Below are positions 1 to 10,166 of a stretch of 64,000 bases of DNA, in pieces (the first letter of the stretch is position 1; every line of letters starts with the position of its first letter). Made by a program: the position numbers and the translations under genes. The DNA is from an uncultured archaeon (GTDB lineage Archaea; Nanohalarchaeota; Nanosalinia; Nanosalinales; Nanosalinaceae). The notes under the pieces are model-generated. The model searched no databases. It saw only the letters and a program-made list of their open reading frames with translations, and had not been told where the DNA came from. The stretch covers positions 1 to 64,000 of the forward strand of contig CAYQYU010000005.1 of assembly GCA_964421955.1 (NCBI GenBank), read 5' to 3'.

Positions 1-108
1 TTTGAGGCCGCATTCAAACTCGGCAGACACGAAGACATAGAAACCACAAAACTCTACCTCAGGAGTAAAGAGCATGAGATAGGTAATCTATATGAGAAGA
101 TATTCTGA
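1..108 (+). CDS. C-terminal end of a tyrosine recombinase/integrase (partial, begins before the window)
   Basis: Frame 1 reads FEAAFKLGRHEDIETTKLYLRSKEHEIGNLYEKIF*. LGRHEDIETTKLY resembles box II (LGH-x3-TT-x2-Y) with the catalytic Tyr. Confidence 0.65.
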   Translation, partial: FEAAFKLGRHEDIETTKLYLRSKEHEIGNLYEKIF

Positions 109-245
109 TGTTAAAAGTGTACCTAGGACTCGTATAGGACTGAAACTGATTCAATAGTATCGGCGTAGATACATACCCTATAAGGCGGTTGATTAGTTCA
201 GATTCAAGTAGTGTTGGAGCGATAGTTGTAGGACAGTAGTCGTGA

Positions 246-773
246 CTATATTCTCCCTGGGCTATCCTTGTGGTATGGTGGCCCGAAGCCAGCCTCCATT
301 ACCTCTTGTAGCCTGTTCTCCATTTCCTCAAGGTGTTCTTCGCCGTCTACTAATTTCCCGACTATATCATCAAAGTTATGGACTTCTTTAGTCTCTTGTT
401 CAGATTGTTGTTCCAATTCCTTGAGGTCTTCTACCATCTTCTGTATGACAGACTTAAGCATCTTGATATCTTTATCTACATCTTCTATATCATGGTCCAG
501 AGCTTTCTTTGTTTTACCAGGAGTTTTTTCTCTTTGACGGTTTTCTTCATGTTCTTCAACTCTCTTCTCAAGTTTCTCTAATTGGTCTATTATCTGTAAA
601 GCCTTGTTTGTTTTCTGCAAAAGCTCTTCGTTTTTATGAAGCTCATTTTTTAGCTCTGTTTCAATCTCTTTCTCCTCCTCTAACATGTGATGTAGACCTT
701 CATCCATAGTTTTAGTAACGGTTTCAAGGTTGCCAATAGTCTCATCTATATCCTGCGAATCTACTCTGGCCAT
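246..773 (-). CDS. Acidic coiled-coil hypothetical protein
   Basis: 175-aa ORF, E/K/L-rich heptad-like sequence. Confidence 0.75.
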   Translation of the reverse strand: MARVDSQDIDETIGNLETVTKTMDEGLHHMLEEEKEIETELKNELHKNEELLQKTNKALQIIDQLEKLEKRVEEHEENRQREKTPGKTKKALDHDIEDVDKDIKMLKSVIQKMVEDLKELEQQSEQETKEVHNFDDIVGKLVDGEEHLEEMENRLQEVMEAGFGPPYHKDSPGRI

Positions 774-887
774 AGTTTTAATCCCACTTATTAAGTTATA
801 GTAGAGGCTGATTAATAAAATGTCTATATTTAACCCTGTAACAGGGCTATTAGAAACATCGTTGGCAAATAGATGAAATGAATCAAG

Positions 888-1841
888 TTATTCTCGGAGG
901 AATACGGGCTTACCTTTGTCCAGCATTAGTTTATCGTCGAAATAGACTGTCGGGTTTTCGCATACTGCGTCCCAGTGTATTTCTGATTCCACGATTCTTT
1001 CATCTCCATCTGGTAGGAAGAATTCGTTGTCTCCAAATGCAATATGTACCGTCCCTAAAACTTTCTCATCATTGGTGTTGTTTCCGACAATTTCTGCGTC
1101 GGGATTAGTGCCGAAACCGAATTCTGCAATATTTTTAGCTCCTTCAATATTCTTCAAGTTCTCAACCAGTTTGTTTGGTTCCTCAGATTTTATCTCCACG
1201 ACATTGTTATCTTCTATTATTAGCTCGGTTTCTGTAGATTTTGGAGCCATAGCTAACTCATCTATAACCAGTTTACCTTCAGTATTAATCCCTGGTCCAA
1301 AGACTTCTCCCGAAGGTATATTGCCGAAGTCACCTTCTTCATGTAATATTCCGTCCAGCTTCCCAACTTTATCTGATTCTACATCCAGTCTCAATTCTGT
1401 TCCAGATGGAGTTTCAATCCTTATTTTCTCGGTGTCTTTGAGATGTTTGTATGCTTTATCGGTTATTTCGCTGACCCTTTCATAATCCGCCTGAACCGAT
1501 GTTTCCATGATTTCTTTGTCCACTTTAGGCATACTTGCACCCCTAACTCCTTCCTTTGTGGCCTTGCTTCTTGCCCTTGTGTGAGATACTGATTTGTTTG
1601 TCGGAGCAATGAAAACATCTGCATTTAACAGGGCCTCTTCAACCTCTTCAGGCAGTTCCTCTCCCTGAACTTCTGGTTCCGGATACTCGACATAATTTAG
1701 ATTCGCCTTTCTTTGTATCTCCCTTTTCAGAGCATCTATTATCTCCGGGTCATTTCCATCGTTTAGAAGTAGGACTTCCTCATCAGGTTTAACAGCCAGA
1801 CATTCTTTCAGTATAGTTTTAGCAGCAGACTCAAGAGGCAT
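888..1841 (-). CDS. Aminopeptidase, M29/leucyl aminopeptidase (thermophilic metalloprotease-like)
   Basis: Motifs GNIPSGEVF, NIAEFGFGTNP, DEKVLGTVHIAFGDN, IHWD. Start taken at MPLESAAK. Confidence 0.85.
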   Translation of the reverse strand: MPLESAAKTILKECLAVKPDEEVLLLNDGNDPEIIDALKREIQRKANLNYVEYPEPEVQGEELPEEVEEALLNADVFIAPTNKSVSHTRARSKATKEGVRGASMPKVDKEIMETSVQADYERVSEITDKAYKHLKDTEKIRIETPSGTELRLDVESDKVGKLDGILHEEGDFGNIPSGEVFGPGINTEGKLVIDELAMAPKSTETELIIEDNNVVEIKSEEPNKLVENLKNIEGAKNIAEFGFGTNPDAEIVGNNTNDEKVLGTVHIAFGDNEFFLPDGDERIVESEIHWDAVCENPTVYFDDKLMLDKGKPVFLRE

Positions 1842-1954
1842 GATAACAGGTTTACCCCGAAATGTTATGAGAATTGCCATCCAGCAATAAGTTATAGCTT
1901 ATTCAACCAGAATACTTATTATTGTTTGGTGACAACAATTTAATGGTGGTTAAT

Positions 1955-2323
1955 ATGACAGGGCAAACAGCTCAGAAGAAGATGAGTAATGATGAATTTT
2001 GGGAGACAGTTTTTGAAATCCCAAATATTTGGGAATCAGACCTCTATTATACAGAACCTGGCTATAAAGGAGGCGGAAGCATTGGAGGCGTAGCTTGGGA
2101 TTCCAAGTATTCCGTTGAAAATAGAGGTAACCCTGACTATGAAGACACTAACTGGAATGTCAAACTGAACTATGAAAACGGCTCCTTGAAACTAAAAGCC
2201 ACAACTTGGGAACTACACCCAGTCTACAGCTATCCACGAAGAACAAAACTGATGGGCGAAATATCCATCGAAGAAGGAATGCCGGAAGTAACAGAATTTC
2301 TTGAAGGCAGAGACTGGAGATAA
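1955..2323 (+). CDS. Hypothetical protein
   Basis: Acidic ORF with no recognisable motif. Start uncertain (ORF open from 1922). Confidence 0.6.
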   Translation: MTGQTAQKKMSNDEFWETVFEIPNIWESDLYYTEPGYKGGGSIGGVAWDSKYSVENRGNPDYEDTNWNVKLNYENGSLKLKATTWELHPVYSYPRRTKLMGEISIEEGMPEVTEFLEGRDWR

Positions 2324-2401
2324 ACACTCCTCCGCACGGTCCAAACTCCAGTTATCCAACATTCCGTCCGTTCAGCGGTTTTAGTTAAACTGTTGGGATA
2401 G

Positions 2402-2424
2402 GCGTTCAAATCGCGGCCCTGGCA
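2402..2424 (+). repeat. Putative att site: isolated tRNA 3' end (T-loop plus acceptor 3' strand)
   Basis: GCG-TTCAAAT-CGCGG-CCCTGGC-A matches tRNA T-arm and acceptor geometry. No matching 5' half (GCCAGGG..., D arm) upstream. Confidence 0.65.
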
Positions 2425-2432
2425 TCTCTCAT

Positions 2433-3374
2433 TCAGAACGTCCTGATGCCGTAGCCTATAGCGAAAGTTAGAAGCCCTGCGAGCAGGAAGGCCCCGATCC
2501 AGGCAGCAACGGTTCTCAGCATCTTTCGCCTCTCAATATTCGAACGTCCTTCAACCATGCCCGAACCGATAACCGCTGCGATAACCGCCTCGTTAAACGA
2601 GATAGGGATGCCGAGGAAAATCCCTATCTGGGCCAGCAATGCCGAAGTTCCGAGCGCGGCGATAGATCGGCGAGGGCCAATATTTGAGTAGTCGAATGAC
2701 ACCGCCCTTATTATCTTCGGAGAGTACAGCCATGAACCTATGAGAATTGAGATACCTCCGAGGAGCAGGAGAGCTGAAGTTGATGAGATAACTGTTCCCA
2801 GAGGACCTACTGCCAGCCCGACAGAGTTAGCCCCAGCGGTGTATGCAACATAGCTACCCGCCGCCAAGAGCAGGTATCGCATAACCTTCTCATTCTCCTG
2901 TTTTGAAATTGTGTGCCTGAGGACTTTTGCAATAGTATAGCCAAGGATTGCGGCGAGAGGAGGTATGAGAAGCCAGTAGCCGACCACCTCCGAGAGCGAT
3001 CCCCACCTTACAGGGTTACCAAAACCTATGCCCGCACCCACTACAGCACCAACCACGGTAAATGCGGTGGGCATCGGATAGTCAAAGTAGACGCTCGCCA
3101 GCACCAGCGCAGCACCGACCAACAGGATAGCCGCAGCCTGCATGGTAACTATCTCACCTTGCAAGAGACCTGAACCTACTCTACTGGTGACACTTCCTCC
3201 CTGGAGAACCGCACCCAAGAATGCGAAGATTCCCGCAAGAAGTGCAGATCTCAGCACGTTGGCGGATCGGGCGCTGTTGACCGGGCCAAACGCGGCTGCA
3301 ACCGAGGACGCACCTATAGATATACCCATAAAAACTGAAGCCATCAATGCTATTACAGATACTATTTCACTCAT
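2433..3374 (-). CDS. Inorganic phosphate transporter (PiT family)
   Basis: Multi-TM protein with duplicated PiT-like signatures IGASSVAAAFG and AGANSVGLAVG. Confidence 0.85.
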   Translation of the reverse strand: MSEIVSVIALMASVFMGISIGASSVAAAFGPVNSARSANVLRSALLAGIFAFLGAVLQGGSVTSRVGSGLLQGEIVTMQAAAILLVGAALVLASVYFDYPMPTAFTVVGAVVGAGIGFGNPVRWGSLSEVVGYWLLIPPLAAILGYTIAKVLRHTISKQENEKVMRYLLLAAGSYVAYTAGANSVGLAVGPLGTVISSTSALLLLGGISILIGSWLYSPKIIRAVSFDYSNIGPRRSIAALGTSALLAQIGIFLGIPISFNEAVIAAVIGSGMVEGRSNIERRKMLRTVAAWIGAFLLAGLLTFAIGYGIRTF

Positions 3375-3934
3375 TCTCTATCCTCGATGTTCCGCTTTAA
3401 AAGGTCTCTCTGCTCTTCTTCGGGAACACTGAGATCCATCTGGTAGCCCTCTCTATGGGACTTTACATCCACAGAGAAGTCATCTGTATCCAAATAGTAT
3501 CTCTTACCCCGGAGAATAAGCTTTGAATAAACCAGCTGCTCAAACTTCCTGAATGACTTTAGAGCCGTCGAGATGAATGGTCTTGCAGCCTCCTCGGACG
3601 CCTCCATCATCTCTTTTTCAGGCGTCTGCTTTTTCGCGGCCTTCTTGCCAGCAGCCGCCATTTTCTCCGAGGCATCCTTCAGATCTTCTTTCACTCCGTT
3701 ACTTTGTTCCTCGATCTCCTTTTCCCGTAGGAGGGCCTCGTCCACTGTCTTCTTCTTCATATCGTTCTCCGCCTCGGTAGTCTTGGGCCGCCAGTCATCA
3801 AACTCCTCGACGGATTCCTCATCCATTTCGCTCTGTTCCATCGCCTCCTTCACTTCTTCTCCGAACTCGGCAACTTCCTCCCAGTTGCCTGATTTTTTCA
3901 CGCCCGAGTTGGTCTCCTCAACTTCGTCTGGCAT
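3371..3934 (-). CDS. Conserved halophile hypothetical protein (DUF5828-like)
   Basis: SGNWEEVAEFGE...EFDDWRPK resembles a haloarchaeal family; 4-bp overlap with the PiT gene. Confidence 0.65.
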   Translation of the reverse strand: MPDEVEETNSGVKKSGNWEEVAEFGEEVKEAMEQSEMDEESVEEFDDWRPKTTEAENDMKKKTVDEALLREKEIEEQSNGVKEDLKDASEKMAAAGKKAAKKQTPEKEMMEASEEAARPFISTALKSFRKFEQLVYSKLILRGKRYYLDTDDFSVDVKSHREGYQMDLSVPEEEQRDLLKRNIEDRE

Positions 3935-3970
3935 CTCTATAGAAAAAGAAGGGTGAACGCAATTAAAAAG

Positions 3971-4570
3971 CTAAAGCCCAAGCTGGCGATTTACCGTAGA
4001 TTTCAGCTCGGAAAACACTTCTTTAATCGACTGGGAGCTATCCACAACAACTATGCTTTCATCAAGTCTCTCCGGGAGGCGTCTGTACCTCGTAACCACT
4101 TCTTCCTGGAAATCCAGGTTCTCGAATATGTTGTCATCGCTCCCTCTCTCCTCTATCCTTCCCATCCCGGTATCCGCGGAGATGTCGAGTATGAATACCA
4201 GGTCGGGCCTCAGGGCGTTCCGGTTGAGACTCTTCACCCAGTCATAGTCGGCACCAAGCGCAGCCTGGTAGACCAGGGATGAATGGTAGTAGCGGTCGCA
4301 GATAACAGTTTCTCCCTTCTCCAGGCGCGGAATAATCTCTTCTTCCAGGTGTACCAGGCGGTCGGCGGCGAACATCAGAGCGATCGCCTCTGCAGAATAA
4401 TCTCCCGAGGAAATCATTTCATCAACTTTTTCCCCTGCCTTGCCTCCAGTCGGCTCCGCTGTGTAGTGCGCATCAAGCTCCTCCACGAGCTTCTCCGCCT
4501 GAGTCGTCGTTCCGGCGCCGTCCGCACCCTCTATAACGATAAAGGTGCCCGGGTAGTCGGCCTCCCGCAT
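3971..4570 (-). CDS. tmk: Thymidylate kinase
   Basis: FIVIEGADGAGTTTQ P-loop, FAADR, VICDRYYHSSLVYQ. Confidence 0.95.
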   Translation of the reverse strand: MREADYPGTFIVIEGADGAGTTTQAEKLVEELDAHYTAEPTGGKAGEKVDEMISSGDYSAEAIALMFAADRLVHLEEEIIPRLEKGETVICDRYYHSSLVYQAALGADYDWVKSLNRNALRPDLVFILDISADTGMGRIEERGSDDNIFENLDFQEEVVTRYRRLPERLDESIVVVDSSQSIKEVFSELKSTVNRQLGL

Positions 4571-4652
4571 AACGAAATTCTTCGTTACCTATTCTTTTGT
4601 ACGCGTCGATGGATGAGAAATCCATTTATCCCTTCCACGTTAAATCTCGACC

Positions 4653-5369
4653 ATGGAAAGACCCATGCCGGCGGTCAAGGCAATAATCGAGAGAGACGGC
4701 AAACTCCTGGCGCTAGAGACAGAGGTTGACGAAAAGGTGCACTGGGTGCCTCCTGGCGGGCGAGTGGAGTACGGGGAAGAACCGGTAGAGGCTCTTGAGA
4801 GAGAAGTAGAAGAGGAAATAAGCTGCGAGCCCGATATAGGCGATCCCGTAGGGATGTACCATTTCTTCATCGGCCCGGATAACGAAGGCGATCAGGTCGT
4901 TCTGACCGCATTTGAGGTGGATATCGGGGAACAGGAGGTAGATATCGGGGACAATCCGGCAGATGAGAACATAACAGGCCTCCGGTGGCTGGAGCCGAAA
5001 GAGTTCATCGAGAAGACCGGCAACGAGAATCTGAAGAGACTGATCCGGGACTACAGCTCCGATCTTCCCAAACTCATCAGGGACAGGATACCCGAAATCG
5101 CGAGGGAGAACGGCGACGAGCTTGAAACGGTTAGACTGGATTCCGCAGAAGCCGAAGAATACCTCGGACAGAAGCTCGTGGAGGAGGCCGAGGAGTTCAG
5201 GGAGTCGGAAGAGATAGAGGAGCTGGCCGATGTCCTAGAAGTGGTTGATGCTCTCATTGACAGGAAGGATGTATCCTGGGAAGAGATCGAGAGGATCCAG
5301 GAGCAGAAGAAAGCGGAGCGCGGAGGATTCGAGGATGGCCTACTTTTGCAACGTTCGCGAATCAGGTAA
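4653..5369 (+). CDS. NUDIX hydrolase fused to a MazG-like NTP pyrophosphohydrolase
   Basis: Nudix box PGGRVEYGEEPVEALEREVEEE; C-terminal KLIRDRIPEI...KLVEEAEEF...EELADVLEV...KKAERGGF. Confidence 0.85.
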   Translation: MERPMPAVKAIIERDGKLLALETEVDEKVHWVPPGGRVEYGEEPVEALEREVEEEISCEPDIGDPVGMYHFFIGPDNEGDQVVLTAFEVDIGEQEVDIGDNPADENITGLRWLEPKEFIEKTGNENLKRLIRDYSSDLPKLIRDRIPEIARENGDELETVRLDSAEAEEYLGQKLVEEAEEFRESEEIEELADVLEVVDALIDRKDVSWEEIERIQEQKKAERGGFEDGLLLQRSRIR

Positions 5370-5373
5370 ATTC

Positions 5374-5619
5374 TCAGTAGCTATAGGCATCGCTGAGCTG
5401 CCACAGATGGAAGATCAATGCAGCCAACGTCAGTTTCCCTAGTACAGGGACGGAGACCGAGTAGGACGTCAGGATCGGTCCGAGAACAGGTATAGCCCCG
5501 GCAAAGAATACGAAGACTCCTAGCCCCGCCCAGATGAAAACCGCCTTTAACAGATCGAGATGCAGCAGCTGCGTGAGCCCTGGTACAAAGAGATTGACTA
5601 AAGCTCCAAGCAGACCCAT
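5374..5619 (-). CDS. Small membrane protein
   Basis: 81-aa hydrophobic ORF filling the gap between genes. Confidence 0.65.
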   Translation of the reverse strand: MGLLGALVNLFVPGLTQLLHLDLLKAVFIWAGLGVFVFFAGAIPVLGPILTSYSVSVPVLGKLTLAALIFHLWQLSDAYSY

Positions 5620-5697
5620 TCTCCTACCAAATATTTGTAGAGCTGATTAAAGAGTTCAGGGCAAGAGTTTTGACAGTTAGATCCGAACTTCTCTCTA

Positions 5698-6960
5698 ATG
5701 GAGCACCAAGACCTTTCCGATGCGGACCCCGAGATACACGAAGCGCTGAAAAACGAGATTCAAAGACAGGAGAGCGAGGGACTCGAGATGATCGCCTCCG
5801 AGAACTTCGTGCCCCGGCAAATACTTCAGGCACAGGGCTCTGTGCTGACCAACAAGTATGCAGAAGGATATCCTGGCAAGAGATACTACGCCGGATGCAA
5901 GTACCACGACAGAGTTGAACAGCTTGCGATCGACCGTGCAAAAGAGGTTTTTGGGGCGGACCACGCGAATGTCCAGCCACACAGCGGCTCGCAGGCGAAC
6001 TTCGCCGCCTACTTTTCGGTGCTCGAAGCTGGCGACAAAATTCTCGGGCCTGTACTTTCCCACGGCGGCCATCTCACACACGGCCACGGCGTCAACTTCT
6101 CAGGAGAACTCTTTGACTTTGACACCTACGCAATCAACGATGAGACGGAAAAGTTCGAGCGAGAAGACATTATTGAAGCGGCGAGAGAACACGATCCAGA
6201 TCTCATCGTATGTGGTTACTCCGCGTATCCACGGGAAATTCCGTTCGATGCCTTCCGCGAGGCCGCGGACGAGGTGGACGCGCTACTGATGTGTGATATC
6301 GCCCATGTATCTGGCCTGGTAGCGGCAGGCGAGCACGAATCACCTTTCCCGGAGTGCGACATCGTTACAACCACGACGCACAAGTCGATTAGAGGTGCGA
6401 GAGGCGGCATGATTATGTGCAAGGAAGAGTTTGCGAAAGCAGTTGACAAGGCAGTTTTCCCTTTCTCACAGGGCGGCCCCTTAATGCACCAGATCGCGGG
6501 CAAGGCGGTATGTCTAAAGGAGGCTCAGAAACCTTCGTTCAAAGACTACGCAAAGCAGATCAAGAAGAACGCGAAGGCTCTCGCACGGGGACTCCATGAA
6601 AATGGTCTAAGCCTGGTTTCTGGCGGTACAGACAACCATCTCGTGCTCGTTGATCTTCGGAACGAGGACTTGACTGGCAAGGAGGCGGAGGCCGCGCTTG
6701 AAGAAGTCAATATTATCACCAACAAGAACATGGTTCCTCAAGACCCGGAATCCCCTCGAGTGACCTCGGGTGTCAGGATCGGAACTCCAGCGTTGACAAC
6801 GCGCGGAATGGAGGAAGAAGAGCTTGAAGAGATCGGGGAGATGATCGCCGAACGCATAAAGAACTCTGATGACCGCAGCAAGAAGAAAGAGATCAGTGCC
6901 AGGGTGAAGGAGATTCTTGAGGAATACCCTCTATACAGAGATTCTGAAGTTGATTACTAG
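5698..6960 (+). CDS. glyA: Serine hydroxymethyltransferase
   Basis: [43 protein letters not shown] (PLP lysine). Confidence 0.97.
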   Translation: MEHQDLSDADPEIHEALKNEIQRQESEGLEMIASENFVPRQILQAQGSVLTNKYAEGYPGKRYYAGCKYHDRVEQLAIDRAKEVFGADHANVQPHSGSQANFAAYFSVLEAGDKILGPVLSHGGHLTHGHGVNFSGELFDFDTYAINDETEKFEREDIIEAAREHDPDLIVCGYSAYPREIPFDAFREAADEVDALLMCDIAHVSGLVAAGEHESPFPECDIVTTTTHKSIRGARGGMIMCKEEFAKAVDKAVFPFSQGGPLMHQIAGKAVCLKEAQKPSFKDYAKQIKKNAKALARGLHENGLSLVSGGTDNHLVLVDLRNEDLTGKEAEAALEEVNIITNKNMVPQDPESPRVTSGVRIGTPALTTRGMEEEELEEIGEMIAERIKNSDDRSKKKEISARVKEILEEYPLYRDSEVDY

Positions 6961-7790
6961 AAATCCACCATATCAAACCTTGCTTCAAGGCCCAGTCCTC
7001 CGCTTTCAGGTTCGTAGACCTCCAGCTCCCCGCCGTAATTTTCCAACACATACCTGGCTACAGGAAGCCCGGTGCTATCACCTTCTTTCGGCTGGAAAAC
7101 CCTCTCTGCCTCTTCATGGCTGATTCCAGGCCCGTTGTCGTAAACCCTGAGGACAAGCGAACCTTCCTCCTCGTACACCTCAACTCTCATCTCTGCGTCC
7201 TCTGTCTCCGGCAGGACGTATTCACGGAAGTTTTTGTCGACGGTGTTGAGAAGGAAGAATACAGACTCGCCGGCCCTGATTTCCCGACCTGACTCAAGTT
7301 CTTCCAGCCCTTTACCGTCTATCAAAACGTACTCCTTATCTTTAACTGGCGAGATAAGCCGCTCGTATTCTACAGTTTCTCCAGGGTTGTGGTCACGAGT
7401 TATAATATCCCTGTAGTCCTCAAGTCCCTCGTGGACTTCAAGATACTCTTCTACAGCTTCCCTAGGGCCCTCAGGTATCGTTTCATCGTTTATAGCCTGC
7501 CTGAAGACTCTCTCTGCATGTTCAGGATCGTCACCATTCTTGAAGAGACCATTGTATGCATCTATAATGTCTTCAGCCTTCAACCGCTCAGGCCCTATCT
7601 TTTCATGGGACCTCTCTTTGCTCCACGGTCTTTTTTCACCGGTGCTCTCGTCCCAGTGAACCTTATGGAAATCATTTTTCATCTCGTGGTTTACAAGAGC
7701 ACTCGGAGGAGGCATCCTGCCAAGGAGAACGTCCCAGGCAATATCCGAGAGATCAAATTCAAAGTAGTCCTGGTTTTGATCCTGCACCAT
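6957..7790 (-). CDS. Histidine kinase-like protein (HATPase_c domain), no sensor domain
   Basis: Possible H-box NHEMKN; G1 [10 protein letters not shown]-box VFQP, G2 [13 protein letters not shown]. Confidence 0.75.
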   Translation of the reverse strand: MVQDQNQDYFEFDLSDIAWDVLLGRMPPPSALVNHEMKNDFHKVHWDESTGEKRPWSKERSHEKIGPERLKAEDIIDAYNGLFKNGDDPEHAERVFRQAINDETIPEGPREAVEEYLEVHEGLEDYRDIITRDHNPGETVEYERLISPVKDKEYVLIDGKGLEELESGREIRAGESVFFLLNTVDKNFREYVLPETEDAEMRVEVYEEEGSLVLRVYDNGPGISHEEAERVFQPKEGDSTGLPVARYVLENYGGELEVYEPESGGLGLEARFDMVDF

Positions 7791-7912
7791 AAAACTGCAT
7801 CAAGCACACAGACTTAAGTATTTGATCACTATATGATAACAACGTATCTTCTGGGCTTCTTGACAAGAAATTAAACGTTAAGCCGAGAAACTATTTTTGA
7901 AGAGGGAGACGG

Positions 7913-8941
7913 ATGGAACAGTACCATAACCTGGTCAAAAATATTCTATCAAAGGGCAATTACAAACCCAACAGGACTGATTCCGATACTATCTCAACCT
8001 TCACAGAGTCTTACACAATAGATTTACAGGAGGGCTTCCCGCTGCTCACTACCAAGGACCTCTCGGGCTTCCGGTGGAAATCACTGATCTACGAGCTGCT
8101 CTGGTTCTTCTCGGGCGAGGAGCACATCAGGAATCTCAGGGAGAACACCAAGCTCTGGAATGCCTGGGCAGACGAGGAAGGCAAGCTGGACACCGCTTAC
8201 GGCCGTTTCTGGAGGCGCTATCCCATTCCCGAGGAAGCGCAGCAGCTCGAGGGCGAGACCTGGGCAGATAAAGACAACAGGTGGGTTACGGAAGAGGATG
8301 ACTCGCTTGTTTTCGACCAGGTTCAGTACGTAATCGATACTCTAAACGGGGAAAACCCGGACAAGGATCACAACTCCCGGAGACTGATAATCAACGCCTG
8401 GCATCCCGGAAATGCCGCGGTCTCTGGACTGCCGCCCTGCCATTTCACGTACGTCATCAACGTCCAGGACGGCAAAATAAACACCCATCTCACGCAGCGT
8501 TCCGCCGATACAGCGCTCGGAGTTCCCTTCAACATCGCAGAATACGCCCTTGTCACCCACATGATCGCGAACCAGACCGACTTTGAGGTCGGCAAGTTCT
8601 CCCACACGCTCGTGGACGCTCACATCTACTGCGGGAAAGGAGAGCGGGGTGAATGGTACGGCGAAAACCTCTCAGAGCTAAAGCGGAAGGTCGAGAGCGC
8701 AGACTCCCGGGACGATTACCTGGAGATAAGGGACTGGATACTCGAGAACGCGCCTGACGAGCCAGAGGGAGAGGAGGGCCACGACCACATTCCAGGACTC
8801 CTGAAACAGCTCTCGCGTGAACCCCGGGAAAGACCTGAGATGGAGGTCCCGGAGAAACCTATCGACGAGATGGAGTTCGACGACTTCAAGCTGAAAGACT
8901 ACAATCCACACCCCGGCATCAAGTTCTCGGTGGCGGAATAG
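7913..8941 (+). CDS. thyA: Thymidylate synthase
   Basis: GFPLLTTK, ELLWF, SRRLII, LPPCH, QRSAD, GVPFNIA, DAHIY. Confidence 0.97.
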   Translation: MEQYHNLVKNILSKGNYKPNRTDSDTISTFTESYTIDLQEGFPLLTTKDLSGFRWKSLIYELLWFFSGEEHIRNLRENTKLWNAWADEEGKLDTAYGRFWRRYPIPEEAQQLEGETWADKDNRWVTEEDDSLVFDQVQYVIDTLNGENPDKDHNSRRLIINAWHPGNAAVSGLPPCHFTYVINVQDGKINTHLTQRSADTALGVPFNIAEYALVTHMIANQTDFEVGKFSHTLVDAHIYCGKGERGEWYGENLSELKRKVESADSRDDYLEIRDWILENAPDEPEGEEGHDHIPGLLKQLSREPRERPEMEVPEKPIDEMEFDDFKLKDYNPHPGIKFSVAE

Positions 8942-10117
8942 ATGTCCAGTTACAGGGAAGTGGCAAAAGAACTCAAGTCGCGGGGATCGAACCGGGAAGA
9001 TCCGTCACTCGATCCTGTTAACGGTGCGCTGGAAGAACTCGGGAAACCGGAAAGCGACTACAGTATTATTCTCGTGGGAGGCACCAACGGCAAGGGATCG
9101 ACCGCCGAGATGATCTCCCGGTGCCTCCAGGAGCTCGGTCACGACGTGGGCGTCTACAAGTCCCCTCACATGATATCACTCAGGGAGCGGATCCGTGTGA
9201 ACCATAGAGAGATCGAGGAGAAAGAGTTCGAGAGGCTTTACGAGGAAATTAACTCCCTGGATGCAGATCTCACATTCTTCGAGTTCATGACAGTGATGGC
9301 GTACCGGCACTTCTCCACCCACAGCGTCGACTACGCGGTTATGGAGGTGGGCATGGGCGGAAGGCTGGACGCGACGAACGTTGCGGAATCTGATATCTCA
9401 GTTATAACCAATATTGAGGAAGACCATACCCAGTACCTGGGAGAGACCCGGGAAGAGATAGCCCGGGAAAAAGCAGAGATAGCGCCCTGGAAAAGCAAAC
9501 TCGTTACCGGCGACAGAATGGAGCCGATACTCGAGGTCGCGGCCGAAAGATCAACCGAGGTTCTCGATCCACTGCCTGTCGAGAAGATCGGGAGCAAGTA
9601 CCTGGTAGAGGGCCAGGAGTTCGAGCTACCGGTGCGTGGAAGCTTCCAGGAAGAGAACCTGGAGACCGCGCTCCGGGTGGTCAAAGAACTTGAGGAATTA
9701 CCGGATCTGCAGCAGGCGTTTTCCGGCCTCGATTTCCCGGGAAGGATGGAGCTCGTGTCCCGGCAGCCCAGGCTGATCCTCGATGGAGCGCACAATCCTG
9801 CCGCGCTGAGAAAGGTGCTTGAAGATTTCCCGGAGGAGTTCACATGTGTCTTCAGCGCGCTGAAGTCCAAGGCCATAGGAGAGATGGTGGAGGTGCTCGA
9901 GGAACGGGCTACGAAGTTCTACTTTACACGGCCGGAGTTCGAGAGGGCGGAAGATCCGGAAGAGATCGCCGGAGAGGCTTCCATCGAGTATGAGGTGGAG
10001 GAAGACCCTGGCAAAGCCCTGGAAAGAGCACTTGACGAGGCTGGAGAAAGAGGTGCGGTAGTGGTCACCGGGTCGCTCTACCTTATAGGAGACATCAAGA
10101 AGCTCCAGCACCAGTAA
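8942..10117 (+). CDS. folC: Folylpolyglutamate/dihydrofolate synthase
   Basis: GGTNGKGST, SPH, EVGMGGRLDATN, PGRME, LDGAHNP, TGSLYL. Confidence 0.95.
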   Translation: MSSYREVAKELKSRGSNREDPSLDPVNGALEELGKPESDYSIILVGGTNGKGSTAEMISRCLQELGHDVGVYKSPHMISLRERIRVNHREIEEKEFERLYEEINSLDADLTFFEFMTVMAYRHFSTHSVDYAVMEVGMGGRLDATNVAESDISVITNIEEDHTQYLGETREEIAREKAEIAPWKSKLVTGDRMEPILEVAAERSTEVLDPLPVEKIGSKYLVEGQEFELPVRGSFQEENLETALRVVKELEELPDLQQAFSGLDFPGRMELVSRQPRLILDGAHNPAALRKVLEDFPEEFTCVFSALKSKAIGEMVEVLEERATKFYFTRPEFERAEDPEEIAGEASIEYEVEEDPGKALERALDEAGERGAVVVTGSLYLIGDIKKLQHQ

Positions 10118-10166
10118 CCGGCATTTTCAGGCAAATTTAAATGAGTGTGTTGACATTTCCTAGATT

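Larger units (their letters stand above)
1..2424. mobile_element. Right end of a putative integrative element/genomic island
   Basis: Integrase-like tail at 1-108, visibly AT-richer sequence than after ~2430, and a tRNA 3'-end fragment at the compositional border. Confidence 0.6.

Noticed and set aside
2330-2430. Complete tRNA gene
   Set aside because: Only the T-loop and 3' acceptor strand are present. No complementary 5' acceptor, D arm or anticodon arm was found, so it is treated as an att remnant.
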